In this document: positions 24,177 to 36,200 of the stretch, piece after piece
How the letters are laid out: each line of letters begins with the position of its first letter
How positions within the stretch are numbered: position 1 is the first letter of the stretch
Assembly: GCA_004431415.1 (NCBI GenBank)
Contig: QPMI01000434.1
Location: 124,001-188,000 of the forward strand
Origin: Cyanophora paradoxa CCMP329
Taxonomy: Eukaryota; Plantae; Glaucophyta
Length of the DNA stretch: 64,000 nucleotides
Direction: 5' to 3'
Position numbers and translations under genes: made by a program
The notes under the pieces: model-generated
Databases searched by the model: none
What the model was told of the DNA's origin: nothing
What the model saw: only the letters and a program-made list of their open reading frames with translations

Positions 24177-24923
24177 TTAAGCTAAGATTTTAAAATGCTT
24201 CTTTTTAGAGATAACAGGTGATTCTTCTTTCTTACGTTCTTCAGGTTCATTCTTAACCCACTTCGTAAAACGAAAACTCTTATCTTCAACTGCCTTGTCA
24301 ACGAACCAGGCCGTATCGTATTTGGTCCCATCAAGGACTAGGCACTGATAATCGTGAGCCCAAGTTTGGAACAAAGCAATAAATTCGTCTTTCGGGAGAT
24401 GACTAAACTCTCGATAGATAGCCTCAAGCTCTGTGTGATTAGAATAGCTAAAGAAAAAACAATAATCAGCATTAGAACGAATCGATTGACTAAGAGCTGT
24501 TAGTTTTTGCGACATTAAAATCGTAGAAATGCAAAAATGGCGGCACTGCATAAAAAGTCGATTAACAACCTTGCTGTTTCGAAGATCAACAGTTTCAGAT
24601 GCAGCAACAAGATCGTCCAATACAAGTAATATCTGCGGCGCTTTCTTTTTGTTTTCGATTAGAGCGCGCTGTGAATCAATGATTTCTGCAACAATGGCAG
24701 GTTGAAAATCATCGTAAAGCTCTTTTGTTATTGCTTCGTATTCACCATTGAATTTGGTGGCCGTAAACACAACCACTCGATTAATCTTTGGATATAGCAG
24801 TCGAAGCAGATGCTTTGTGCAATAGAACGATTTGCCACTATTAGATTTCGATATAAACAGGGCTTTAAAAGGGACCCTCATATCGCTAGGCTGGAACTTT
24901 GCGAGCTCTTGAGACTCATCCAT
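24177..24923 (-). CDS. A32-like (FtsK-HerA superfamily) genome-packaging ATPase
   Basis: Walker A SKSNSGKS (first Gly replaced), Walker B LLVLDDL, LFMQCRHFCISTILMSQ, IRSNADY. Confidence 0.92.
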   Translation of the reverse strand: MDESQELAKFQPSDMRVPFKALFISKSNSGKSFYCTKHLLRLLYPKINRVVVFTATKFNGEYEAITKELYDDFQPAIVAEIIDSQRALIENKKKAPQILLVLDDLVAASETVDLRNSKVVNRLFMQCRHFCISTILMSQKLTALSQSIRSNADYCFFFSYSNHTELEAIYREFSHLPKDEFIALFQTWAHDYQCLVLDGTKYDTAWFVDKAVEDKSFRFTKWVKNEPEERKKEESPVISKKKHFKILA

Positions 24924-25001
24924 CAAAAAATTAACTATTGATATTCGCAGGCAAACACAACCGCGACCGCAGGCGAGTCAGCTTGTCTGGCGACACTGTG
25001 A

Positions 25002-26390
25002 CTAGAGATTAACTTTCCGCAGTCCCGCAGCATCAACAATTAGGACAGTGTGAAGGAGAGCGCGAATTTGGACGTAAATCTTGTTGTTAGCATCATACGC
25101 AGCAGGGTTCATGATATTCAGGAAGCAGCTGCTGGAGTTCGTCAGATCTACGAAACCAGTTTGAGCAGCATTTCGAATCGATTTATCCCCACTAATGCAA
25201 AATGGCAATCCAGTCAGAACATACCGATTAAGGGGTGCGTCGAGATTGGAGCACTTGAAGACATCAGCGATGAGTTCAGCACCTTGCAATAGAGGAACAG
25301 GCTCATTTGAATAAAGCCGCTGTCCATTCAATTCGCAGGAAATAGTAATATCGCGAGCATTAGCCTCGGTTTTGAGGACACTGTGTTTTCCATCAGTTTG
25401 GTTCATGTTTGGCTGCTTGCGAATGCTAACGAATAGGCCGTAACAAAGTCCACTGATTTGAGACAGATTAATTCGGGTGGGCGCACCAGCACCAGCATAA
25501 GTAATTGAATCAGCATCAACCCAGCCGACATCGGTAGCGGGAATTGCGATTCCAGACGTTTTGACTTTCTCAATCACCTGGGCAAAAGTGGCCTCATCAA
25601 CGTTGATGCAATGAGCAATAATCTTTGGATTCGAAAGCTCCGGATTGGCAGGGGTGACACTGAGAACATTGGGAGTTATATTCTGGCCGATGTTTGCAGG
25701 GGATGCAGCAGCAGCTCCCACGCTCCCAAGTCCATCTTCTTTAGAAGCATCACCGCCTATGGCATATTCTGTTACAAACCTACCACCATAGCTGGTTTCG
25801 ACGAAGCCCTGGGCACGATCACGGAACCAAACCTCGACGGAAACCTCGCCAGATAGAGCACCAATCGGAAGCACAGAACCCTCCCAGGGACAGGGGATTT
25901 TTACACTGAAAATACCTCCAGTGCGATTGCTCCCCTGAGGTGGTGTTCCATGGAGCCAGCCACCGGATCGGTACTTCTTTTTAAGCTGAGCATCATCATT
26001 GAAAATCAGAGCGCTGTGAACAAGCCAGTCCTCGGGGACAATGTAGCTGTAGGAAGCATATTTGATTTCGATTCGCTTTACGAGAGCACCAACCGATCGC
26101 AAATAACCAGTGCGAACCAGGTCAGTGTCACCAGTAAATGCTGTCAGCTCGGGAAGGGTAAACTGGAGTTCGAGCCCCTGAAGGAAATTGTAGCGGGGCA
26201 GGAAATAAGTAACCCTCTTTCCGAAGCAGTCTCCATAGTCATTGCTTGGGTTGACAACAACACGCACAGGCTTTGTTTGGCTGGTTAGACCTAACATAAG
26301 CTCATTGTTCATGAAGAAGTCCTTTGCTTCCTGCGGAGTTGTCAGGAGCTCTTTGAGACCGAGCCGCTGCAAGTTTTGGGTAACATCCAT
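25002..26390 (-). CDS. Double jelly-roll major capsid protein (NCLDV-like N-terminal motifs)
   Basis: 462 aa between the ATPase and penton; FGKRVTYFLPR..LQGLELQFTLPEL, VGALVKRIEIKY, VKIPCPW...LPIGALSGEVSVEVWF, C-terminal GFVDLT; beta-rich pattern. Confidence 0.82.
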   Translation of the reverse strand: MDVTQNLQRLGLKELLTTPQEAKDFFMNNELMLGLTSQTKPVRVVVNPSNDYGDCFGKRVTYFLPRYNFLQGLELQFTLPELTAFTGDTDLVRTGYLRSVGALVKRIEIKYASYSYIVPEDWLVHSALIFNDDAQLKKKYRSGGWLHGTPPQGSNRTGGIFSVKIPCPWEGSVLPIGALSGEVSVEVWFRDRAQGFVETSYGGRFVTEYAIGGDASKEDGLGSVGAAAASPANIGQNITPNVLSVTPANPELSNPKIIAHCINVDEATFAQVIEKVKTSGIAIPATDVGWVDADSITYAGAGAPTRINLSQISGLCYGLFVSIRKQPNMNQTDGKHSVLKTEANARDITISCELNGQRLYSNEPVPLLQGAELIADVFKCSNLDAPLNRYVLTGLPFCISGDKSIRNAAQTGFVDLTNSSSCFLNIMNPAAYDANNKIYVQIRALLHTVLIVDAAGLRKVNL

Positions 26391-26435
26391 TGAAGTATAT
26401 AATTGCAGTGAAAGAAAATAATTTGGGCGCTTAGC

Positions 26436-27392
26436 TCAATTTGACGAATTGATCCAAGGATATGTCTTTGACCTTTTCTGGAGCTGAAGCTTTGCAAGCT
26501 CGTAGACAACATCACCATTGGGTTCGTCTGGACCATAACGAATTTCGAGAATAAATGAGACAGGAGCTCCATTTAAATCAGCAATTCGCTGCATAAAATC
26601 GTAAATCTCAATAGTCACAGAGTAGAGGTCCAGCTTTGAATACACATACTTATACAAAGGAGTTGCTTCAGTTGAATCATAGTATGCTATCTCGCCAGGA
26701 CGAAGGCTGTTTGGAATGCTAATTTTGGCAAAGAAGCCAGGTATTGAAGTATTGGGCATACTGACAAGGTCACCAATTTCAGGAATGCGTAGGAGCACAT
26801 GATCATCGGGAGTGACATCAGGTTCATAAGCGCCCTCTATATATTGAACATCGACAGATAAATCCTTAGACCGGATCGGTAGAATTGATCGCAGCCCCAG
26901 AAGTTTTGCAGTTCGCTGAGCCCTTGCAACGGCCTGGTAGTTTCTGACTTCCCGCCCACCCTGGTTAGGTGGCAACATCAGAGCAATAAAGAACTCGAAG
27001 CTAGCTGTGAACCCTATTAATTTAACCGCTGAATTATACGTGCACGTGATACCAGTCCCCGTCAACCTTTCGTTTATCTTAGTCACAAGCGAGGTGACGT
27101 CGTAATTTCCAGGTGGAATCGCAATGTTATTCCACACACCAAAGCCTGGCTGAGGTGGGTCTGGTCCCTCATTTGCAGGATCATATTTGCACCAATATAT
27201 ATAGGTGTCAAAGACCAAATCCTCTGCTGGATCGAGTATATCAATTGTGCTCATTGTGTTGGGGATCTCAGCTGATACCAAGCGCACAGCTTTCACATCC
27301 TGATAAATTTTAGGCAGTCTAACCTTGAATTTTGAGGTTGATAAAAGCTCATCTGCTAGGTGACTTGCAATGCAGACGTAGTCCGTCGGCAT
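26436..27392 (-). CDS. Minor capsid protein (penton, single jelly-roll) 1
   Basis: FKVRLPKIYQDVKAVRLVSAEIPNT, IPPGNY, HVLLRIPEI, FFAKI, LYSVTIEIYDFMQRIADLNGAPVSFILEI. Confidence 0.8.
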   Translation of the reverse strand: MPTDYVCIASHLADELLSTSKFKVRLPKIYQDVKAVRLVSAEIPNTMSTIDILDPAEDLVFDTYIYWCKYDPANEGPDPPQPGFGVWNNIAIPPGNYDVTSLVTKINERLTGTGITCTYNSAVKLIGFTASFEFFIALMLPPNQGGREVRNYQAVARAQRTAKLLGLRSILPIRSKDLSVDVQYIEGAYEPDVTPDDHVLLRIPEIGDLVSMPNTSIPGFFAKISIPNSLRPGEIAYYDSTEATPLYKYVYSKLDLYSVTIEIYDFMQRIADLNGAPVSFILEIRYGPDEPNGDVVYELAKLQLQKRSKTYPWINSSN

Positions 27393-27419
27393 CTTTTTTA
27401 TATCAGTTAGAGAATAAAA

Positions 27420-28335
27420 ATGGTCGAAGACAAGCATCGACGCTGCGCCAGGCTTACCTTTGACAGCAGAGACAGAAGACCGATCGATTCAGAGGCAAAC
27501 TTTGTGCTCGAAATCAATGAGCCTATAATCAATCCAGTTGCTGTTCGACTTACCCAGTGTGAGTTCGCAAATAGTCTTTATACCAGCATTAAAGATGAGT
27601 ATCTTTCGATCACCTTTCCCAACATTTGGACGGAAAATCTGGCAGTTTTTGAGCCTGGTATAATTACTACTGCAAATATGGGCGAAACAGATCTTTACAA
27701 CTTTGGCCTATCGTTTAAGTTTGAACTGGGGGGAATCGTAATGGCATATTTCAAATTGTTTCGGGACCCAGAGACACTGAAGATGTCTGCCTATTGCAAC
27801 CGTTCCTGCACAGTCACCTGCCAGTTCAAAGCTCTATCGAATCTGCTAGGGCTGAACCGAAATGAGTCTCTCCAGCTGTCTCCTATCGTGTTTGAAGGAG
27901 GGCAAAGATCAGTAACTGCAGCTGAGCGATATCTCGAGGTTGCTGGCATTCCAGTAACACCTTCACACCCTGAATATGGCGTGGATTTCACCGAAAGAAT
28001 GCGGAGTGAGCCACTTGGTTATGCTGTCGAATTTCCAAAGATAATTGACATGAACAGCGACCAGTATCTATTCCTTGTCTGTGAAGAGCTTCGACCATTT
28101 GCTTCAAAGCTTCGCCGTGGGCCAAAACAATGTGCAACTACGGCTTGCTCGAATTCAAATGAGTCAGGACGTTGGCAAATTCGTTTATATAAATCAGGAT
28201 CATCAAGGCGAATGGATCCCCATCGAAGAGCGTCTTGTGCTGACTTCCTTGCGACTGCGCATTGTAGACAGAGATGGTGATGATGTATTACTGAATGGAT
28301 TGCCATGGTCTGGGGAGCTCCAGTTCATCACTTAG
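27420..28335 (+). CDS. Minor capsid protein (penton) 2, frameshift near 28105
   Basis: FDSRDR...NFVLEINEPIINPVAVRLTQCEFANS, YLFLVCEEL, then in the shifted frame LARIQM...LTSLRLRIVDRDGDDVLLNGLPWSGELQF. Same motif series as penton 1. Confidence 0.75.
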
Positions 28336-28429
28336 GGAAAGTCGCCAGACAAACTGATTTGAAAAGTCGCAGACAAGCAGCTCGGCTGTGCCTCCGCCCC
28401 GTTTTATTTCTTGGCACAATATATAAAAA

Positions 28430-28762
28430 ATGTCGCAGTTGATGCCCATAGCTCAGATTGAAAAGTACTTACCGTTGATGCGGGACAAAAAAGTATCACT
28501 TGTTGCGATTGGAGATAAGCCAAGCACACAAACAAACCTAGGTTTTCTGCAAGCTTACCGCCGATTTGGTCCTGACGGAATCAAAAAGGAGCTCGCAACC
28601 AAAAACACAACTTGGTATCAGCGAAGAGAGAATTACATTAAGAGGCGACTGGGAGGGCGTAATGGAGCACCATTTTGGGAGAAAGATAAATCTGGCAGAA
28701 CTATTCCAACACGTCTTGGACTCTCTCTGATTTCCTGGGCATTCATGCCGCCGCCTAATTAA
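28430..28762 (+). CDS. Hypothetical viral protein, 110 aa
   Basis: ATG ORF preceded by TATAAAAA; motifs GFLQAY...WYQRRENYIKRR...PTRLGLSLISWAFMP look like those of a conserved family, not identified. Confidence 0.6.
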   Translation: MSQLMPIAQIEKYLPLMRDKKVSLVAIGDKPSTQTNLGFLQAYRRFGPDGIKKELATKNTTWYQRRENYIKRRLGGRNGAPFWEKDKSGRTIPTRLGLSLISWAFMPPPN

Positions 28763-30238
28763 TGTAACGTCCCCGGAAATCAAGCCGGAATGCATTCACA
28801 TTTATAAATTCGTTTGTTATAATTTGCACATAGTTATATACCTGTGGGGTGATCAAATGCGAGTCACTATGCATTAGATCGAAGCCTGCCATTGTTGGGT
28901 TCGCAGCAAGCACATTTGCTAGGACCGTATTTTCAAAAAGCCTCCCATCTTGGACATATCCTAAGTTGGTCAGAATGCTGAAATTAAATAGGACTCCGGC
29001 AGCAAAAGCTGGCCCATACATAATGATTTGATGTAGCTCAAAAGGCTTTGTAAATTCGACTCTGATCCAGGGATTAGGTAGAGTGCCACCTTGGAACCCT
29101 GTTGAGTTGGGTCGCACATGAGAAGGTGGGTGCAATTCCTCAAAGTCGTTGCTTATGATGTTTGCATCTGGAATTATAAACCAGTTGACATCAAATGGCG
29201 GCTCAACTGTTAAAGTTGACGATATGATTAGTCTGTCATCGTTCAGTAGGTTGTAGTTCGCCAATAGAAAGCTGCAGAGCGCATTTATTTTAGCATTTAT
29301 TTCGATTTGTTTCAGCCATAAATCTGTTGTAGAAATCAAATAAGAAATATTCGATGGGGAGGCATCATCAAGCTTGCTCATGACTGCAGCTGGCAGAGGA
29401 ACACTTAAACGCCAGTATCTAGTTAGATTCCTATCTGCATCAACTGGAAGCAGTTCCTGCATTTGAAAGTGCGATTCCAGCTCGCTACCAGCCATTAACA
29501 TAGAAATGATTGGGCTGCCTGAGAGGGATAGGATCCAGCCCAGTGCGCCCCAGCCTGACGTCTCCGAATTCGAAAAGCCTGCAGTCAATTGCTCACTGGC
29601 TTGGACTTCACCACAGCTAATGCTCACAAGAACAATTGGATCTTCTGCATCGTAAATTTTACTGGCGTGGCTGAGTGCAGCAACTGAGGGATTATTCAAA
29701 CAGGCAATTGCCCCGTCAACAAGGTTTTTGTCCCTAGAACCTTCGGTGGAAAGAATGTAGGTGCTGCTGAAGATGCTCTCACTGCATCACGAATCAGCGT
29801 GCTTGAATATGGCCCATCCTTCGTAAAAACTACTGGCTGCATCCGAACTGTATCAAACGCTGTAATTAATACGTCTTTTGTCGATTCTGCAATTGTGTAG
29901 TCCAGGGCAACGTCTGTAAGCACCGACTCCAGAGGATTTGCATCATAGCGGCTTCCTGAGAGCAAGCTTGTGAGTGATCTCGGATTTGCAAATATTGTTG
30001 GCAGGTTCGTTTGATATAGACTCAAGATATCACCTGCAGAATATCGGTAAGCAAGAACAGAGCCTGGAGCTGATGGGATCGCCAATCCGGCCGCTATTAT
30101 TGCCCCTGTTGAGGTGCCTGCAAAGAAATCAAACAGCTGTGGTATTGCTTTCCCAGTAATCGCCTCAATCCGTTGTAGAATTCGGGCTATGACTATTCCA
30201 CGAGCACCTCCACCTGATAGTGAGAGAATGACCTTCAT
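28755..30238 (-). CDS. Patatin-like phospholipase with extra C-terminal beta-rich domain; one frameshift near 29720
   Basis: ILSLSGGGARG (oxyanion loop), FAGTSTG (nucleophile), RASSAAPTFFP. Adding one T restores FVDGAIACLNNPS and joins ORFs 29696-30238 and 28755-29699. Confidence 0.88.
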
Positions 30239-30262
30239 TTTTAAAAGGGGGCTTATATAAAA

Positions 30263-33200
30263 ATGTCCTACATCTTGAAGAAGCCAGTGCCACTTCGTAG
30301 ATCTCCAGATTTCGTTGATGATCGACTCATAAATATTCGCGTATTTGGAAGCATCTTGGCAGACTTCAATGCTGATCGTGACATCCACAGGACCGAGTTT
30401 AGTCGACCAGCTGCATTAATTCTGCGGAACTCTCACGTTGGTGCCCCAGATATTGCACAGAGATTCTGTCTTGGTCCCACTGAGAACTTTGTTGCTGAAA
30501 TTATTGGGTCCAGGGCGTTGCCACGACACCTGCGAATTGCCTCCTCAGGCACAGTCTCCAAGTATGATTCTGGTAGATTGATATTTAGGCTCCAAAATGA
30601 TAGAGGGGTCCATACATCAGCTCTACGTCTAATTGATGAATCAAATGATGTCGCAAACAAAACTGCGGCTCAAATCACTGGGCGAATTCTCCTTGGCGAA
30701 GATGCTGCAATATCAGTGCTTGCATCACAAATTCAGCCGTTCCCCTGGGATCTACTATATACCGATGCACGAGAAGCAAATCTTCTTTTCGGGTTTGATG
30801 TAAATCAAATCGATACCGAGCCAGCCACCAGGTTCGATATTCCTGGATGCACCTTCGGCTCTATCTTGATTGAGGCTGACAGGCACCTGCTCCCGGCATT
30901 GCATGATAGATATGACCTAGGGCTTCGCACCAGGCAGTGGAGAAATATTCATGGAACTAATATTTATCAGGATGGTAAGAAGGTTAGCACTGAAGAGCAG
31001 GTTATCAACATTTTCAACTACTACTTCGGACCTATTGTCCCTATACCACCTCTTCCAGGGTTACCAAAGCCGCCAATCCCGGATGGACCTGGTCGAGAGC
31101 GAGTTGCTGATGAGACAGTTCCTTTCGGTCAACATATTGTCAGTTGGGAGCAAGTTCGCAATAAACCTATCTTCGAACCGAAAAAACAAATAGATGAACA
31201 GTATTTACCTCCTGAAATCGATATATTAGAGCTTGATGATTACCAATTTGTCCCAGATGAGGAAGAGTTTTTACCTGACGGTTTCGACCCGCAAGAGTAT
31301 GAGTATGATCAATACGACCCAAATGAGGAAGAGTATTTACCCGATGGTTTAGATCCACAAGAGTTTGAGTATGAACAGAATTATGAACCCCATGAGGAAT
31401 ATTTAGCAGATGGTCTCGAACCACCAGTTGTGGATTATGAGCAACCTTATGAACCCCATGAGGAGTTTTTACCAGATGGATTACAACCGGAGCTTTTTGA
31501 GTTCTTTCCAGATTGGGAACAGATCAACAACAAACCAGCGAGATATCCACCAGAGGATCACAACCATGATTGGGATGAGATCTTGGGTAAACCTGAGAAA
31601 TATCCACCTGAAGATCACAGGCATGATTGGGGCGATATCGATGGAATTCCACCTGAGTTTCCGCCGGAAGACCATTTACATATTTGGAGCGAAATACGAG
31701 AGCAGCCCACTTTTGCATCAGCAGGAAATGTATTATTAGGAGATATTAACAATGGTGTGAGTCTCTACCAAAATATAGACACACCAGAAAGATTACAATT
31801 AAACGATTATTATGTGAATCGTCAGGGAATCGATGCAGGCACCACAATGGATGGCGAATTGTATATTAGACCACCCACAAGGGATGTAATATTACCACTT
31901 GGTGGTGGTATTGAAATAAAAGACACAAAACCGGGAATCTACTTAACCAGTTATTATGCGGAAGACGTCCCAATGACAGGAGGTTTAATATCTTTACCAT
32001 CAGATCCGGCAAACTATACAGACAAAAACGCAGCCATACAAATTAATGTGACGAATGTAAGCGATTTGGATGGATCAAGACCGAAATTAATATTCAGCCG
32101 TGAGCAACTCGCAGCAGAAACACTTTTAGGAGATCGTGACGATTATAAACAATGTGAGGTAGCATGGATTAAAACAAATTATAATGGTGGAGTTCCTGAG
32201 GGTCTTTTAGAAATCAATCAGAGAGCCTCAGCGAAAAACATTCATAACGAAAATATTTCAAGAGTCGTAACAGAAGATTATTTTAGATGGGATAATATCC
32301 CTGACGCACCCGAAAAATTCCCACCCTCAGACCATGAACATGTTAAAGCCGATATTACAGATTTCGCACATGAACACGTCAAAGCCGATATTACAGATTT
32401 TGCCCACACTCACACAAAAGATCAAATAACAGATTTCGCACATGAACACGTCAAAGCCGATATTACGGATTTCGCACATGAACACGTCAAAGCGGATATT
32501 ACAGATTTCGCCCATACTCACACAAAAGCAGATATCTCAGACTTTGCCCATACTCATCTAAAAGCAGATATTACAGACTTTGCACATGCTCACACAAAAG
32601 CAGATATCACAGATTTTGCACACACCCACCTTAAAGCAGATATTACAGACTTTGCACATACTCACCTAAAAGCAGATATTACAGATTTTGCACATACCCA
32701 CACAAAAGTGGATATCTCAGATTTTGCACATAGGCACAATTGGGACGAAATAGACGAACAGCCAGTATTCGCACAATTGAATGCAATCGGAAACGTTTTT
32801 AATGGAGTCACACTTTACCAATCGATTAATACACCTGAAAGGCTATTTTTGAATGATCATTATGTTAGTCTCAATGGGTCGTTTACAGGTCAAGACGGCA
32901 CACCGATGGTGGGAACTCTTGCAGTAAGATTACCCAGGGATCCAATCGTAAATGGAGTGTATAGTGGTGATTTTAATGTAGGAGTAAATGATACTTTCCC
33001 CAGTATCTATGTCACGAATTATCACCCGGGTGAAACAGGACAAGTAGCGGATTTTTCAGCAGCGATACAAGTAAATGTAACAGATCAAAGTGCATATGAT
33101 GGAGCAAGACCTAAGATAGTATTCACAAGGGAGAAAGTTGTAAACTATCTTCCTGTTGCAGGACAACCCACAGATGATCACGGAAAATGTGAGATGGCGT

Positions 33201-36200
33201 GGATTAAGACAACATCAGGAGGCGCCTTAGAAGTCAATCAGAGAATGGCGGCAAAAAACTTACACAATACCACCCTTTCCGGTGTTGTTACAGATGATTA
33301 CCTTACCAATAAAGGATATCTCACGTCGGCGGATTTAAGCAGTTATGCAACCGATGCAGAATTAGCGGCGGCACTTGCGAATTATCTACCTCTTACAGGT
33401 GGAACCGTCACCGGAACCGTTAACGCTACCACATTACAAATTGGTGGAACCACAATACCGAAAGGTTATGAATTTGACCAATTAGATGTGGTTTCGACAG
33501 ATAGAAGCGCAAATAATTGGACTGTTAATTGGACAGGTCATAGAACGGGACTAACCGGATGTTATACGACACCTGAGAATGACGCAGATGTTACGGGTTG
33601 TTGGATGCGTTGGACAATTCCAGAAGGTATGAAATCGTTTTATATTCAACTTTTACTGTGGCATAATTGTCGATATTTCGATATTTACGGGCAAACTGTA
33701 AATGGACATCAACATTTCCTAAGACGAATAAATAACTATCAAGGACTTCAGGATGTTGCAGTTCAAGATGGAACATACCCAGCTATAATATTTACTTCAG
33801 TAAACTGCGAATTTTACAGTAAAATATATGTTCAAGGGCGAAAAGGTCGCATTTATCTTACAGGTGTCTTTGGTTGGAGTCGACAAAGAGCAACTGATAA
33901 TGATGCAGGATTATTGCATTACGATAATATTGCTTTCAATCCTGTTGGCAAATATTCCGAGTTTGATGTTGTAAGTGGTTGGAATAGCACAGGTGTAGCA
34001 TTCCCAGCTGGGGCTTGGACAACAGCATGGAAACCCACAACAGATAACCCAGTAGAGGGTTTTTATTGCAACCAGACAGATGATGAAAGTGGCAGTGGCT
34101 ACATGCAGTGTGTTGTTCCAGCAGGAATGAAAACCTGTCACATACAATACTTATGTTGGACGAATTCAAGATATTTTGATATTTATGGATACCGCAATGG
34201 TCGTTGGAATTATATTATGAGAGTGAATACGTATCAAAATGTTCAAAACACAGCCGACACAAATTGGCATTCGAGTTTATTATGGACTTCCGTATTTTGT
34301 GGGAATTTCTCTCATATTGGAATTTTTGCAAAGAAAGGACGAATTTACATTGGAATGCTTGGATGGACAAAAGAAGTAGGAAGAACAGCACCAGCGAATG
34401 GTTTGATTAGTTGGGATAATATTTACAGTCGTCCCGCTTTATTTACAGCCGCAGACCTCCCACAAACAGCAACATGGGCAACAAATACATGGTTAAAATC
34501 AACAGATAACTACGAGCGGTTCTATTTTGCAAATGCAAATGCTACATATATTCGAGGTAGACCTAATAACGATAATGCGTGTGTTGTATTCAGAAACTCA
34601 GCAGATGCTACAATTTTACAATCATATGAAAACGGCAACCTTGCAGTTACTAATACTGTGTCAGCTCCGACTCTAAGTGGAACAATTATTAATGGGGGTT
34701 CAATAAATGCAACTACAAACTATAAATTTGGCGACAAAACAATGCCTCGATGTGTAGAGTATGACGCAACTGTTGCAGGAAATTCGCCACATGGTTATGC
34801 AGGAGGTTGGGGTTTTGAAGGTGGAACAGCATGGGAACCCTACTATAATTACGGTGGGTATGCTTACAATAATGAGAGTGGCGACACTGTTGTTAACGGC
34901 TCATGGGTTGATTACACAATACCCACTGATTTATATACGGGAACAGCCCACTTAACATATCTCCCTTGGGTAAATTGTCGTTACTTTGAGATTTGGGGAA
35001 TTAATAGACAAGGAAATGCGGTTTTCATTGCAAGAGTGAATAGTTATCATCAATATGAAAGCGCACCAGATGGAAACTACAATGGTTTACAAAATGTCCC
35101 TATTATGTTGGGAAATCGCTTTATTCGCCTTCGTATTATTCCAAAGGTAGGAAGAGTTCACATAATGGGCATTGGATTTACTCGCACTTGGACAGGAAGT
35201 AGTTATGGTGGTCACACAGGTTATGTTTCTTGGGATAACATTTATAGTAAGCCAAATCTACTAACACCAAGTTTAGTTGGAAACATTATAGGTTTTGATA
35301 CTTGGAGTGGAACAGGTAGTGGTGGTCTATCATTTAGTGGTTCTTGGGGGACAGGTTGGACAGCTTCTGTTTCTAATCCTGTGGATGGATTTTATAGTAT
35401 CGTTGAAGGTGATTCAACAAGTGGAGACTGGGCGCGAATTGAAGTCCCAGCAAATATGCAAACATGTCATGTTCAATATTTGTGTTGGTCGAATTGTCGA
35501 TATTTCGATATTGGAGGCTATCGAGCAGGTCGATGGTTCCACATTATGCGAGTTAATACTTATCAGACTGTCTCAAATTATGGAACCACAGATTATCACG
35601 ATGGTTTGGCGTGGGCTTCTTTTGCTTGTGATTATTTCTCACATGTTAGATTTGTTGCAAGAAAAGGGAGATGTTATATTGGTATGGTTGGATGGACGAA
35701 AGAAAAAGGGAGAACCTCACCAGCAAATGGTATGATCAGTTGGGATAATGTATATAGTAAAGATGCTCGCACAACTTGGGCAACCGGAACTTGGATAACA
35801 TCAGATGAAGGTAATGGGAGAGTTTATTTTGGTTCATCATCAACTACATACATTAAAGGTTACGGAGCAACAGTAGTAGAGTTTAGAAATACGTGGGATA
35901 CAAATATAGCATATTTGGAACAGAGCGGATACCTGTATATTGCGGCATATTTGTCACAGGGAAGTGACAGAAGATACAAAACAGACATTAAAAAGATAAC
36001 AGGCGCTCTTTCAGCGATTGAGAAATTAGAAGGAGTGAGTTTTAAACGAATTGGAAGCGAAAAAGATGGAACAAAATTAGGTTTAATTGCGCAAGATGTA
36101 GAAAAGGTAATACCAGAGGTTGTTAACGTGAAAAAAGACGATGGCTATCTATCTCTCGAATACACGGGTTTGGTTCCTGTTCTCATTGAAGCTGTTAAAG

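Noticed and set aside
33450-35760. Diversity-generating retroelement (repeated fibre modules near an RT)
   Set aside because: The modules are diverged at all positions rather than only at adenines, and the RT is an APE-type LINE outside the TIRs.
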